A stretch of DNA of 64,000 nt, taken from NCBI GenBank assembly GCA_041498975.1, contig JBGQJI010000001.1, positions 14,197 through 78,196 of the forward strand. The letters run 5' to 3'. Under the pieces are notes generated by a model, which searched no databases, was not told the origin of the DNA, and saw nothing but the letters and a program-made list of their open reading frames with translations. This document shows, piece after piece, positions 1 through 9,948 of this stretch; position 1 is the stretch's first letter; each line of letters begins with the position of its first letter. This DNA is from Candidatus Methylomirabilis sp. (GTDB taxonomy: Bacteria > Methylomirabilota > Methylomirabilia > Methylomirabilales > Methylomirabilaceae). The translations under genes and the position numbers were made by a program.

Positions 1-266
1 GCTTTCCAACTACCCTATCCTGAGCATCCCAGTCATTTCCTTCGACTGGGTCAGGACGAACGGCTGCGATGTCGAAGGGCTCACCATGGGTGGAAGCAGG
101 CAACTGGTGTTTCGATTGCCCTTGCGAAGCTCAGGTGTAGCCCTTGGGAGACCTGAGTGTGGTGGAAGAGGTAGACCAGAAATGAACGGCCTGAAGCGGG
201 AGTTGATCCGCCCCGTTGTACGCGTGCTGGGCCGATGAAGGCGGGCGCAGGTTGGAGCGGCAGGCT

Positions 267-3200
267 ATGCGGAAGCTGAACACATTGGCGCGTTGGCCAG
301 ACCTTGTCGTGATGGGAGCCGGCGGGCTCTCCGCCGCGCTGGGACTCGTGGTCCTGGTCGGATGGCATACGCACAACCCGGCACTGCTGCAGGTGCTACC
401 AGTATTTGTGCCGATGAAATACAACACTGCTCTGGGATTCTTCCTGTCCGGCGTTGGGCTTTTCTCGATAGCTCTCGGTCGACCACGTGTGGCGCTGACC
501 TGTGCCGCCTGGCCTCTTCTTCTTGGCTCCCTGACACTGATCGAGGACGTCTTCAGCATCAACATCGGTATCGACGAGCTTCTCATGGAGGACTATCTCA
601 GGGTCGAAACATCTCATCCGGGTCGCTTGGCCCCGAACACGGCCCTATGTTTTGTGCTCATCGGGGTCGCAATGCTCCTCATGAGCAACTCGGCCAAGAT
701 CAGATGGCGTCCCGTGGTGGTGGCAATGTTGGGCTCAACCATCGCTGCCCTCGGAGGGACAGCGTTCTTCGGATACCTTAGCGGACTGCCCGCCGCCTAT
801 GGCTGGGGGTACCTTACCCCCATGGCCGTCCAGACAGCCGGCGGATGTGTGATGCTCGGTCTCGGCATCCTGGCCTTTGCCTGGGGGGATGCCAGGGCCG
901 AAGACAGGGGACTGCCGCGATGGCTGGCCATCCCGGTCGCCATTGGCGTTGTCACGATCACGCTCCTCTTCTGGCAGGCGGTGCGGGCCCAAGAGCATGC
1001 TCAAATCGGGCACGTCATTGCCGCAGAGACATCGAGCGTAAAGTACAAGATCATTGAACAGATGGACACGCGAGTCCAGGCGCTGGAGCGGATCGCAAAG
1101 CGGTGGGAGGCTCTGGGAACACCGGCCAAGGACAGATGGACCTCCGACGCGTGGGTCCTCCTCATAGACTACCCCGGTTTCCAGGCCGTTGCATGGGTGG
1201 ATCCGTCCCTCCGCGTGCGCTGGATTGTCCCTCTGGCGGGGAACGAGGCCGCCCAGGGCCTGAGCCTCGCGTCTGAGGAGCGGCGCCGGACGGCGATGCT
1301 GCAGGCAAGGCATCTGCGGGCGGTGACGTTCACTCGCTCGATCGAGTTGGCGCAGGGGGGCAGAGGTTTTCTTGCGTTCGTTCCGATCTTCCGGGGCGAG
1401 ACCTTCGGCGGGTTCATTCTTGGGGTGTTCCGCGCTCAGACCTTGCTCGGCGCGCTCCTGGGCGACGAGATCACACCCGGGTACTCGATCGCAGTGTACG
1501 ATGGGGAGGAGGAAATCTACCGCCGCTCCGATGACGGCAGGCAGCATCAGATCGGATGGGGTCAGGAGACGAGGATTACCTTGCCTGGGGTCCTCTGGCG
1601 TGTGCGGGTCTGGCCGACGCCGAGACTGCTGGCCACAGCGCAATCATCCGCCCCCGAGGCGACGTTGGTCATCGGGCTTGTGATGGCCTCGCTGCTTGCC
1701 TTGACGACCTTTCTCGCCCAGAGGGCGAGACTTCGCAGGAACGAAGTTGAGGCGGTCAACCGGGAACTACAGGAGCGAATCACCGAGCGCGCCCAGGCTG
1801 AGGAGGCGCTCCGGGAGAGTGAGGATCGCTACCGAGATTTGGTAGAGCACAGCCATGAGCTGATCTGTACCCATGATCTGGCGGGCCAGATCCTCTCTGT
1901 GAACGCGGAGGCCGTACGATGCTTGGGCTATGATCGACGCACCCTGCTCAAGAAGAATATCCGCGACATTTTGGCGCCTGATGTTAGGGATGAGTTTGAG
2001 ACATACATGCGGACAATTCGGAGGGATGGCACCGCCGGCGGGCTCATGCAGGTTCAAACCGCCGCAAAAGAACGGCGGATCTTGGAATATAACAATAGCC
2101 TTCGGACTGAAGGGGTCGCCACTCCGGTCGTCCGAGCAATTTCGCGCGACATCACCGAACGCAAGGAGGCGGAAAGAGCGCTTCGTGAAAGTGAAGCGCG
2201 CTATCGCGACCTCGTGGAGAACGCGAATGACATCATCTACACGCATGACCTGGCCGGAAACCTCACCTCACTCAATCGCGCAGGTGAAGCGATCAGCGGC
2301 TACACACAAGATGAAATCCTCAAGGTGAACATCGCCCAAGTTCTCCCGCCCGAGCACCTAGCGCGAGTGCGCGCACTCCTGGCCTCCCCGGACGGCGGGA
2401 AGAGCACGGCCCGGCTGGAATTGGAGATCCTCACGAAGGATGGGCGACAGGTCCCGCTGGAAATCATTGCGCGGTTCATCTGCCAGAACGGGCAAGCCGT
2501 AGGGGTGCAAGGGATCGCACGCGACATCACAGAGCGGAAGCGGGCGGAAGCGGCCCTCCAGGAGGGCAATCGGCACCTAGAGGAGGCCCTCGCGGTGCTC
2601 CAGACGACGCAGCAGCAGATCATCCAGCAGGAACGGCTCCATGCCCTCGGCACCATGGCTAGTGGCATCGCCCACGACTTCAACAACGCCCTCAATACGG
2701 TTGTGGGCTTCAGCGACCTGTTGCTCGAGAGTCCTGGCGTCCTGGAGAACCGAGAGAAGGTGACGCGGTACTTGCGGATGATCAACACCGCGGCCCAGGA
2801 TGCCGCGAGGGTGGTCCTTCGCCTGCGCGAGTTCTACCGGCAGCGGGACGCCACCGAACCGCTCGAGTTCGTCAACCTCAACGAGGTGGTTGAGGAGACG
2901 ATCGCGCTCACGCAGCCCAAGTGGAAGGATCAGGCGCAGGCCGCCGGTCTCACCATTCATGTGGCGCGTGACCTGCAGGAGGTTCCGCTCGTCGAGGCGG
3001 TCCCCGCCGAGGTGCGGGAAGTGTTGACCAACTTGATCTTCAACGCGGTGGAGGCGATGCCTAGGGGTGGGACGATTACGCTGCGCACCCGGGTTGAAGC
3101 GGGCTGGGCTGTCCTCGAGGTCCGCGACAGCGGCACCGGCATGCCTGAATCGGTTCGCCAGCGATGCTTCGAGCCGTTCTTCACCACCAAGGGCGACAAC

Positions 3201-3749
3201 GGCACGGGGCTCGGCTTGGCCATGGTGTACGGCATCATTCAGCGGCACGGCGGGACAACGGAGATCGAGTCCTCGCCGGGTCAGGGGACCGCCATCCGCA
3301 TTCGCCTGCCCAACCGCTCATCCCCATCGAGAGCAGGCCACGTGGAGGAGGTCAAGCGGGTGTCCAAGTCACTGCACGTGCTGATCGTGGACGACGAACC
3401 ACGCGCCCAGGAGGTCCTAACAGAATACTTGAGCATTGACGGCCACACGAGCGAGGCCGCAACCCATGGACGAGAAGGCTTGGAAAAGTTCCGGGGGGGC
3501 CGCTTTGATCTGGTGATGACGGACAGGGCCATGCCGGAAATGAGCGGCGACCAACTGTGCGCCGCCATTAGACAAGTCAGTCCGACCACGCCCACTATTC
3601 TGGTCACAGGCTTCGGTGCCTTTATGAAAGCTGCTGGCGAACAGCCTGATGGGGTGGACCTCATCCTCGGCAAGCCCGTTTCTCAGGCATCGCTGCGTGC
3701 TGCCTTGGTAGAAGCGATGTCCCGGCCCCGACTGCGTGAGCTGGCCTGA
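267..3749 (+). CDS. Membrane-bound hybrid sensor histidine kinase (TM region, CHASE-like, 2x PAS, HisKA, HATPase, receiver)
   Basis: H-box IAHDFNNAL, N-box NLIFNAVEAM, G-boxes DSGTGM and GTGLGLA, PAS/PAC motifs ARDITERK, C-terminal REC (LIVDDE...TDRAMP). ATG at 267 preferred over the 216 start. Confidence 0.93.
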   Translation: MRKLNTLARWPDLVVMGAGGLSAALGLVVLVGWHTHNPALLQVLPVFVPMKYNTALGFFLSGVGLFSIALGRPRVALTCAAWPLLLGSLTLIEDVFSINIGIDELLMEDYLRVETSHPGRLAPNTALCFVLIGVAMLLMSNSAKIRWRPVVVAMLGSTIAALGGTAFFGYLSGLPAAYGWGYLTPMAVQTAGGCVMLGLGILAFAWGDARAEDRGLPRWLAIPVAIGVVTITLLFWQAVRAQEHAQIGHVIAAETSSVKYKIIEQMDTRVQALERIAKRWEALGTPAKDRWTSDAWVLLIDYPGFQAVAWVDPSLRVRWIVPLAGNEAAQGLSLASEERRRTAMLQARHLRAVTFTRSIELAQGGRGFLAFVPIFRGETFGGFILGVFRAQTLLGALLGDEITPGYSIAVYDGEEEIYRRSDDGRQHQIGWGQETRITLPGVLWRVRVWPTPRLLATAQSSAPEATLVIGLVMASLLALTTFLAQRARLRRNEVEAVNRELQERITERAQAEEALRESEDRYRDLVEHSHELICTHDLAGQILSVNAEAVRCLGYDRRTLLKKNIRDILAPDVRDEFETYMRTIRRDGTAGGLMQVQTAAKERRILEYNNSLRTEGVATPVVRAISRDITERKEAERALRESEARYRDLVENANDIIYTHDLAGNLTSLNRAGEAISGYTQDEILKVNIAQVLPPEHLARVRALLASPDGGKSTARLELEILTKDGRQVPLEIIARFICQNGQAVGVQGIARDITERKRAEAALQEGNRHLEEALAVLQTTQQQIIQQERLHALGTMASGIAHDFNNALNTVVGFSDLLLESPGVLENREKVTRYLRMINTAAQDAARVVLRLREFYRQRDATEPLEFVNLNEVVEETIALTQPKWKDQAQAAGLTIHVARDLQEVPLVEAVPAEVREVLTNLIFNAVEAMPRGGTITLRTRVEAGWAVLEVRDSGTGMPESVRQRCFEPFFTTKGDNGTGLGLAMVYGIIQRHGGTTEIESSPGQGTAIRIRLPNRSSPSRAGHVEEVKRVSKSLHVLIVDDEPRAQEVLTEYLSIDGHTSEAATHGREGLEKFRGGRFDLVMTDRAMPEMSGDQLCAAIRQVSPTTPTILVTGFGAFMKAAGEQPDGVDLILGKPVSQASLRAALVEAMSRPRLRELA

Positions 3750-3940
3750 TGCGTTCGTAGTGGACGAGGCAGCCGGGGGTCTCTGTAAGGAGCTCAAGGG
3801 TGCGATGCATCTCGAGGGTCGGATCTTCGTCCGGCCCTCGGCCCACCATCGGAGAACCTGGAGCCATTGGGGTGCTAGAGGTCATGTGGTCACATAGGCT
3901 CTTGCTCTCTTCCTCGTCGCCCCCAGCAACAAGCGGAAAG

Positions 3941-3974
3941 AAAAATCCCCTGGCGCCAACAGGACGCCAGGGGA
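3941..3974 (-). terminator. Intrinsic terminator downstream of the 4018-4110 small ORF
   Basis: 10-bp stem TCCCCTGGCG/CGCCAGGGGA (3946-3955/3965-3974) followed on the minus strand by TTTTTCTTT. Confidence 0.8.
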
Positions 3975-3997
3975 GCTAAAGGCGGTGCTCAGCTCAG

Positions 3998-4014
3998 GAC
4001 CCGCGCCGCGGGCC
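3998..4014 (-). promoter_or_regulatory. Candidate bacterial SECIS hairpin
   Basis: Minus-strand GGCCCGC-GGC-GCGGGTC, 7-bp stem; the G-starting apical loop begins 16 nt after the UGA at 4024-4026. Confidence 0.5.
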
Positions 4015-4017
4015 ATG

Positions 4018-4110
4018 TCACTTTCAGCTTGATCCTCGCTTGCGGGAGATTAAGCAGGCCACGGCCAGGACAAGAGCTATTCCCCCAAGCCACGGAAGCA
4101 GGTTTTCCAT
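4018..4110 (-). CDS. Small single-TM peptide MENLLPWLGGIALVLAVACLISRKRGSS(U)K, putative selenopeptide
   Basis: SD AGGAG upstream of ATG 4110; hydrophobic helix then RKR; in-frame TGA-AAG-TGA; SECIS-like hairpin and terminator follow. Not in the ORF track. 28 aa if the first TGA is a stop. Confidence 0.6.
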
Positions 4111-4164
4111 CTCGATCTCCTATTGCCCCTTCAACAGCTTCACCATGCAGACAGTGGGCATTGT

Positions 4165-4310
4165 ATGCCGGGCCAAGAAACGAGCATAGCAAGGCGCGGC
4201 CCTGAGGGCCGCACCCACTTCGCGGGTACCCGGCGTACATCCTCAGGTACGTCGCAGGGAGTGCCCTGAGGGCCAGCAACGCCGCTAGGCGATGTTGATT
4301 GGACCGGCAT
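4165..4310. mobile_element. MITE/REP-like intergenic element with 12-bp terminal inverted repeats
   Basis: ATGCCGGGCCAA (4165-4176) vs TTGGACCGGCAT (4299-4310); internal GGCGTAC...GTACGTC palindrome and duplicated GCCCTGAGGGCC; abuts the aconitase stop. Confidence 0.6.
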
Positions 4311-6238
4311 TAGGCGGCGGCTTTCTTGGTGTAGTTGAGCATCCCACCGGCCAGGACGATGTCCACCTCGCGACGGGTGAGGTCGTGCCTGACGCTGAAC
4401 TCCGTCCCCTTGGTCACATTCATGAAGACGAGCTGCTGACCCCCTCGGATCTGCTCCGCGACCCGCTCGACCCGCAGTTGATCTCCTTGGCTGATGGCAT
4501 CGTAGTCCTTCTCGTCCACGAAGATCAGGGGGAGGATCCCGAAGTTGATCAGGTTGGCTCGGTGGATGCGGGCGAACGACTTGACGATGGCTCCTTTGAG
4601 GCCGAGGTACATCGGCGCCAGCGCCGCGTGTTCCCGGCTGGAGCCCTGGCCGTAGTTGTTGCCGCCGATCACGAAGCCGCCGCCCTTCTCCTTCGCCCGC
4701 TTGGGGAAGTCCGGATCCACCCTGCTGAACGCGTATTCCGAGATGGCCGGAATATTGCTGCGCAGAGGCAGGATCTTGGAGCCGGCCGGGAGGATATGGT
4801 CGGTCGTGATATTGTCGCCCATCTTGAGGAGGACCTCGCCCTCCATGGTGGATGACAGCTCCCCCCGGATCGGGACCGGCTTGATATTCGGCCCACGAAC
4901 GATCTCGATCCGTTCCGGATTCGGGGACGGCGGGACGATCAGGTTATCGTCCAAGATGAACTTCTCCGGGAGCGCAACGGTTACAGGATTGCCGAGTCGC
5001 TTCGGGTGCACGATCTGCCCGGCCAGCGCAGAAGCCGCGCAGACCTCGGGACTCGCCAGAAAGACCTTGTCGTTGGCCAGGCCGCTTCGCCCCTCGAAGT
5101 TTCGATTGAAGCTGCGCAGGGAGGCTGTCCCGCTGGCCGGGACCTGACCCATGCCGATGCACGGGCCGCAGGCCGACTCCAGGATCCGACCACCGGAAGC
5201 GATCAGGTCAGCCAGCGCGCCATTGGCGGCGATCATCGTGTACACCTGCTTGGAGCCCGGCGTCACGGTGAAGCTGATGTCCGGATGGACCGTCTTCCCC
5301 TTCAGCATCGTCGCGACCGTCATCAGATCGCGGAACGAGGAGTTGGTGCAGCTTCCGACGCAGACCTGAGAGAGTTTTGTCCCCTCGACCTCTGAGACAG
5401 GGCAGACGTTGTCCGGGCTCGAAGGCCGGGCGATCATCGGCTCAAGGGTGTTCAGGTCGATCTCCAGCGTCTCGTCGTAGATGGCGTCCGGGTCCGGCCC
5501 TATCGGGACCCAACTGCCCCCCCGCCCCTGAGCCGCGAGGTACAGGCGTGTCTGCTCATCGCTCGGAAAGATGGAGGTGGTGGCGCCCAGTTCGGCCCCC
5601 ATGTTGGTGATCGTGGCGCGCTCCGGCACAGTCAGGTGCTTCACTCCTTCGCCGGCATACTCCAGGACCTTCCCCACGCCGCCCTTCACCGTCAGCCGCC
5701 GCAACACCTCCAGAATGATGTCCTTGGCCGCGACCCACGGGCGCAGCCGGCCGTTCAGCCTGACCAGCAGGACCTTCGGCATGGGGAGGTAGAAAGGGCC
5801 ACCGCCCATCGCCACGGCGACATCCAGGCCGCCGGCGCCGATAGCGATCATGCCGACCCCCCCGCAGGTCGGGGTGTGGCTGTCGGAGCCCAGCATGGTC
5901 TGGCCCGGCACGCTGAACCGTTCCAGGTGGACCTGATGGCAGATGCCATTGCCCGGGCGCGAGAAGTAGATGCCGTACTTGGCGGCGATGCTCTGCAGGA
6001 ACCGGTGGTCGTCCGCGTTCTCGAACCCGGTCTGGAGCATGTTGTGGTCTACATAGCTGACGGAGAGCTTCGTCCTGACCCGTGGGACACCCATCGCCTC
6101 GAACTGGAGATAGGCCATCGTCCCGGTCGCATCCTGGGTGAGGGTCTGATCGATCCGGATCGCAATCTCTTTCCCAGGGACGAGCTCCCCGGCGACCTTA
6201 TGCGCCTCGAAAATCTTTTGAACCAGGTTCTTACCCAT
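4310..6238 (-). CDS. Aconitate hydratase (single-chain ~640-aa putative aconitase family)
   Basis: TQDATGT, DHN, GICHQ, DSHT, GSCTN, CGPCIG [4Fe-4S] ligands, NRNF, swivel-domain GSSREHA. Confidence 0.93.
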   Translation of the reverse strand: MGKNLVQKIFEAHKVAGELVPGKEIAIRIDQTLTQDATGTMAYLQFEAMGVPRVRTKLSVSYVDHNMLQTGFENADDHRFLQSIAAKYGIYFSRPGNGICHQVHLERFSVPGQTMLGSDSHTPTCGGVGMIAIGAGGLDVAVAMGGGPFYLPMPKVLLVRLNGRLRPWVAAKDIILEVLRRLTVKGGVGKVLEYAGEGVKHLTVPERATITNMGAELGATTSIFPSDEQTRLYLAAQGRGGSWVPIGPDPDAIYDETLEIDLNTLEPMIARPSSPDNVCPVSEVEGTKLSQVCVGSCTNSSFRDLMTVATMLKGKTVHPDISFTVTPGSKQVYTMIAANGALADLIASGGRILESACGPCIGMGQVPASGTASLRSFNRNFEGRSGLANDKVFLASPEVCAASALAGQIVHPKRLGNPVTVALPEKFILDDNLIVPPSPNPERIEIVRGPNIKPVPIRGELSSTMEGEVLLKMGDNITTDHILPAGSKILPLRSNIPAISEYAFSRVDPDFPKRAKEKGGGFVIGGNNYGQGSSREHAALAPMYLGLKGAIVKSFARIHRANLINFGILPLIFVDEKDYDAISQGDQLRVERVAEQIRGGQQLVFMNVTKGTEFSVRHDLTRREVDIVLAGGMLNYTKKAAA

Positions 6239-6483
6239 CGGTCACCCCTTCATTCGGTCTCTGGCATGAGCATGATGATTGGCATGTGATCTCGGCGGGA
6301 AGAGGGCATAATGACCCGCACATCCCTCTTCAGGTATCCTAGCCCAAAGCCCCTACATCGTCAATGAAAAAGGCCCGGCGGGTCTTGGCGGGGGCAGCTT
6401 CGAGATCAGGTCCGCCCCCCTGTTTCGGGGCAGGCGATGGAATGCCGAAGTGGCCGCTGGCACCACTGGCGGGGACGTGGCCG

Positions 6484-6879
6484 TCAGCCAGTAGACTGTC
6501 CTCCCTGCTGCTCCCGCTCCTCCTGGCACTGCGCGCACGCTCTCGCAAACGGCAGGGCCTTGAGGCGAGGAAGGGGGATGGGTCCGCCGCAGCCGAGACA
6601 GATGCCGTAGGTCCCGGCCTTGTGCCGCCGGATCGCCGCATCGATCTGCGCCAGGAGCTGTTCCTGCTGCTGGACCATGGCCAGGTTGAGGCTACCCTCG
6701 GGCGCCGCGCCCCAGCCGTGAGAACCGGGAGCGTCGCGCGCTTGGGACTCCTCCCGTCGTTCGGCCTGCGCCCGGCGGATCTGGGCGACGAGCTTCTCAC
6801 GTCGTTCGCTCAGAAGGGCCAGGAGTTGCGACGTCCTGGTCTCTGGGTCTGTTTCCTCCGGGTTCCGCTCCTTCACCAT
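6484..6879 (-). CDS. DksA/TraR family C4-type zinc finger protein
   Basis: Coiled coil then GTYGICLGCG...RLKALPFARACAQC; SD GAGGAG before ATG 6879. Confidence 0.85.
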   Translation of the reverse strand: MVKERNPEETDPETRTSQLLALLSERREKLVAQIRRAQAERREESQARDAPGSHGWGAAPEGSLNLAMVQQQEQLLAQIDAAIRRHKAGTYGICLGCGGPIPLPRLKALPFARACAQCQEEREQQGGQSTG

Positions 6880-6909
6880 CTCCTCTCCCTGGCATGGCAG
6901 CAACGAAGG

Positions 6910-9129
6910 TCACTCCGAAAGCGGCAAAGAGGGTTCGGGCTCCTGACCGCCCCTTCGCAGCCGGCCCTCCAGCCCGGTGTAGCGGTGCTGGATCTTGTGG
7001 TTCTTCACGGCAATGGCGATCGCCTTCTTTGTTCCCACAAGGACAACCAGCCCCTTGCCGCGCGTGATAGCGGTGTAGAGAAGGTTCCGCTGCAGCATCA
7101 CGAAGTGCGCCGTGTGGACGGGAATGATCACGGCCGGGTATTCGCTCCCCTGGCTCTTATGGACAGTGACGGCGTACGCGAGGACCAGCTCATCCAGGTC
7201 ACTGAAGTCGTAGGCAACCTGGCGGTCGTCAAAACGGACCGTGATCTCACGATCCTCCGGATCGAGTTTGGTAATCCGGCCGATATCCCCGTTGTACACG
7301 TCCTTCTCGTAGTTGTTCCTGATCTGCATGACGCGGTCGCCGAGCCGGTAGAGGCGGCCCCCGCGGAGCAGCTCGGGTCCGGACGGGTTCAGGAGGCCCT
7401 GAAGCGCCTGATTCAATTGCAAAGTGCCGATCGGCCCCTTCTGCATCGGGCTCAAGATCTGCAACTCTTCCATCGGGTCCACACGATGCCGCCTTGGGAG
7501 GCCGTTCCCCGCCAGATCCAGGATCGCCTCCTGGACCTCCTGAGCCTCTTCCCTGACGAGGAGGTAGCAGTCGCTCCGTTCCTTCCCCTCCCAGGCGGGG
7601 CAGAGGGGGAATTCCCCGTGATTGATCCGGTGGGCGCTGACGACGATCTGGCTCTCCCGGGCCTGCCGGAAGATCTCGGAAAGGCGGATCACCTGGACCA
7701 GGCCGGACGAGATGATGTCGCGGAGCACCGCGCCGGGCCCGACGGATGGAAGCTGGTCCACATCCCCCACCAGGATCAGACCCGCGACGGGAGGGATGGC
7801 CTTCAGGAGGGAGTTCATCAGCAGGACGTCAAGCATCGAGGCCTCGTCCACGATCACCAGATCAGCCTCCAGGGGCCGGTGCTGGTCTCTCTTGAATCGG
7901 CCGTCCTTGGGGCTGAACTCCAGGAGGCGATGGACGGTCCTGGCCTCCCGGCCCGTGGCCTCACTCATCCGCTTCGCCGCCCGCCCCGTCGGGGAGCAGA
8001 GGACGATCCGGCGCCGTTTCTTCTCGAGGATCTGGATGATGCACTTGAGGATGGTCGTCTTGCCCGTGCCGGGGCCGCCGGTGATGACCAGGAGCTTCTG
8101 CTGGAGCGCCTGACGAATCGCCTCTTTCTGCTCCTCCGCCAACCGCAGCCTGCTGGTCTGCTCTACCCAGTGGATGGCCCGCTCGACGTCGATGTCCGCA
8201 GGCGGCACTCCGCCTTGAGCAAGGACATGGAGTCGGCGTGCGACCTCCTCCTCTGCGGCATGGAGCGACGCCAGGTAGACCGCTTTCCCCTCCGGCCCTT
8301 CCTCGCAGACGACCCGTTTCTCCTGCGAAAGCCGCTCGATGGCCTGGGCGGCCAGCGCCGGCTCCACCTCCAGGATCCCGGAGCTCTCTGTCACAAGCCG
8401 ATCAAAGGGGTAGTAGACATGGCCCTCCTCGGCCAACTCGTTCAGGACATGGATCACGCCGGCCTCGACCCGAAGCGGCGAATGCTTCTCGATCCCGATG
8501 GCCTGGGCGATCCGGTCGGCGGTCTTGAACCCGATCCCGTAGATATCGTACGCCAGCCGGTAGGGGTTCTCCCGCACCACCGCGATGGAGGATTTCCCGT
8601 AGGCCTTGTAGATCTTCGCGGCAAAGCCCGAGGAGACGCCATGCCCCTGGAGAAAGATCATCACGTCCCGGATCTCTTTCTGCTCTTCCCAGGCGGTCCG
8701 GATCCGCTGGAGCCGGACCTGGCCGATCCCGTCCACCGTGAGAAGGCGGGACGGCTCCTCCTCGATGACGCGCAGGGTCTCGGTGCCAAAGGCCTCCACC
8801 AGCCTCCCGGCAAAGACCGGACCGATCCCCTTGATCAGGCCGGAGCCCAGGTACTTCTCGATTCCGGCGACTGTGGCGGGGACGACGGTCTCGAACGCCT
8901 CGACCTTGAACTGTTCGCCGTACTTAGTATGGAGGGTCCACTCCCCGGTAAGCTTGAGGGTTTCACCAGGCGTGACGGATGGAAGGTTTCCAACGATGGT
9001 GGTCAGCTCGCGCTGCCCGGGCACCTGGAGCCTGCCCACCACATAGTGGTTCTCTTCGTTGACATAGGTGATCCGTTCCAGGGTCCCCTGGAGCGTCGTG
9101 TACGACCGGACGGGGATAGCGCGCGGCAT
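6910..9129 (-). CDS. recD2: ATP-dependent RecD2-like DNA helicase
   Basis: N-terminal OB/HhH region (YLGSGLIKGIG), Walker A GGPGTGKT, DEASM, GDVDQLPSVGPG, HKSQGSEY. Confidence 0.95.
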   Translation of the reverse strand: MPRAIPVRSYTTLQGTLERITYVNEENHYVVGRLQVPGQRELTTIVGNLPSVTPGETLKLTGEWTLHTKYGEQFKVEAFETVVPATVAGIEKYLGSGLIKGIGPVFAGRLVEAFGTETLRVIEEEPSRLLTVDGIGQVRLQRIRTAWEEQKEIRDVMIFLQGHGVSSGFAAKIYKAYGKSSIAVVRENPYRLAYDIYGIGFKTADRIAQAIGIEKHSPLRVEAGVIHVLNELAEEGHVYYPFDRLVTESSGILEVEPALAAQAIERLSQEKRVVCEEGPEGKAVYLASLHAAEEEVARRLHVLAQGGVPPADIDVERAIHWVEQTSRLRLAEEQKEAIRQALQQKLLVITGGPGTGKTTILKCIIQILEKKRRRIVLCSPTGRAAKRMSEATGREARTVHRLLEFSPKDGRFKRDQHRPLEADLVIVDEASMLDVLLMNSLLKAIPPVAGLILVGDVDQLPSVGPGAVLRDIISSGLVQVIRLSEIFRQARESQIVVSAHRINHGEFPLCPAWEGKERSDCYLLVREEAQEVQEAILDLAGNGLPRRHRVDPMEELQILSPMQKGPIGTLQLNQALQGLLNPSGPELLRGGRLYRLGDRVMQIRNNYEKDVYNGDIGRITKLDPEDREITVRFDDRQVAYDFSDLDELVLAYAVTVHKSQGSEYPAVIIPVHTAHFVMLQRNLLYTAITRGKGLVVLVGTKKAIAIAVKNHKIQHRYTGLEGRLRRGGQEPEPSLPLSE

Positions 9130-9275
9130 CTTGGCGTGAGACTAGCAAGGGGTCGGAAAGGGGTCAACGAAAAACAGCGGAAGACACGAGGGGAACGCTA
9201 CGAATCACTGGCAGGTGTCAATGACCCTTCCCTGCTGAGGCATCGCTCTTTCGAGGTGCGCCGGGCCCGGATCGG

Positions 9276-9479
9276 TTAGCCGTTCACCTCCTCGTACCAG
9301 GTCATCTGGACAGCTTCCAACTTGGCTTCCGAGACGCCGTTGGGGTCATCGGCGAAATCCGGAAGCTCGGTGATCCACTTGTGGAGTGTGGCGAACTGAA
9401 CCTCAAGGGGGTCCTGCTCGGGGTGTGCTTGGATCAGGGCCTGGGCGATCTCATAGGCGTCGTCCCAGTACAGACTCAT
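9276..9479 (-). CDS. iscX: Fe-S cluster assembly protein IscX
   Basis: MSLYWDDAYEIA...HP...F..LHKWI..LPDF.DDP...E..LEA.Q..W.EE matches the IscX/YfhJ pattern. Confidence 0.9.
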   Translation of the reverse strand: MSLYWDDAYEIAQALIQAHPEQDPLEVQFATLHKWITELPDFADDPNGVSEAKLEAVQMTWYEEVNG

Positions 9480-9630
9480 TAGCCGCAACTCGCAGATGGT
9501 TTGAATTGACGACGACACACGGCACGAATGGGCGATACGTTGGCGATCCGTGGTGCGCGCGTGAACATCGGAACTGTTTGGGCAGTTGACATCGACTGGG
9601 TCCTTGTACTAGCGTAGTCCTCCAGCCAAG

Positions 9631-9942
9631 ATGCGCGCGAAGACCACCCTCATTCTCCCCTTTGTCCTCTTGCTCGGCGCCTGTGCCCAGGATGGAAATG
9701 ACCCTGTGGCACGCGGGAAGCAGGTCTATCTGACGGAGTGCACCGCCTGCCACAACAGCGACCCAACAAAGGACGGCCCCGTCGGGCCGGCGGTCAAAGG
9801 GTCTTCGTTAAAGCTGCTCGAGGCGCGGATCCTCCGCGCAAGCTACCCGCCAGGCTACTCGCCCAAGCGCAACACCGCTCTCATGCCCCCGCTGCCAAAA
9901 GTGGCCACGAAGATCTCCGACCTGGCGGCCTTCCTGCGCTGA
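9631..9942 (+). CDS. Monoheme cytochrome c, probable lipoprotein
   Basis: Lipobox-like LLGAC, CTACH heme motif, distal MPP. Confidence 0.88.
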   Translation: MRAKTTLILPFVLLLGACAQDGNDPVARGKQVYLTECTACHNSDPTKDGPVGPAVKGSSLKLLEARILRASYPPGYSPKRNTALMPPLPKVATKISDLAAFLR

Positions 9943-9948
9943 TCTGTT

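Noticed and set aside
1-215. 3' end of an upstream gene
   Set aside because: Open frames exist but no recognisable motif; cannot be assigned.
3960-4110. Riboswitch (c-di-AMP or c-di-GMP) ahead of the 3941-3974 terminator
   Set aside because: No aptamer consensus; better explained as an SD-led small ORF plus hairpin.
6364-9279. 971-aa plus-strand ORF
   Set aside because: Antisense shadow of recD2/dksA in high-GC DNA; no motifs. The same applies to most other overlapping ORFs in the track.
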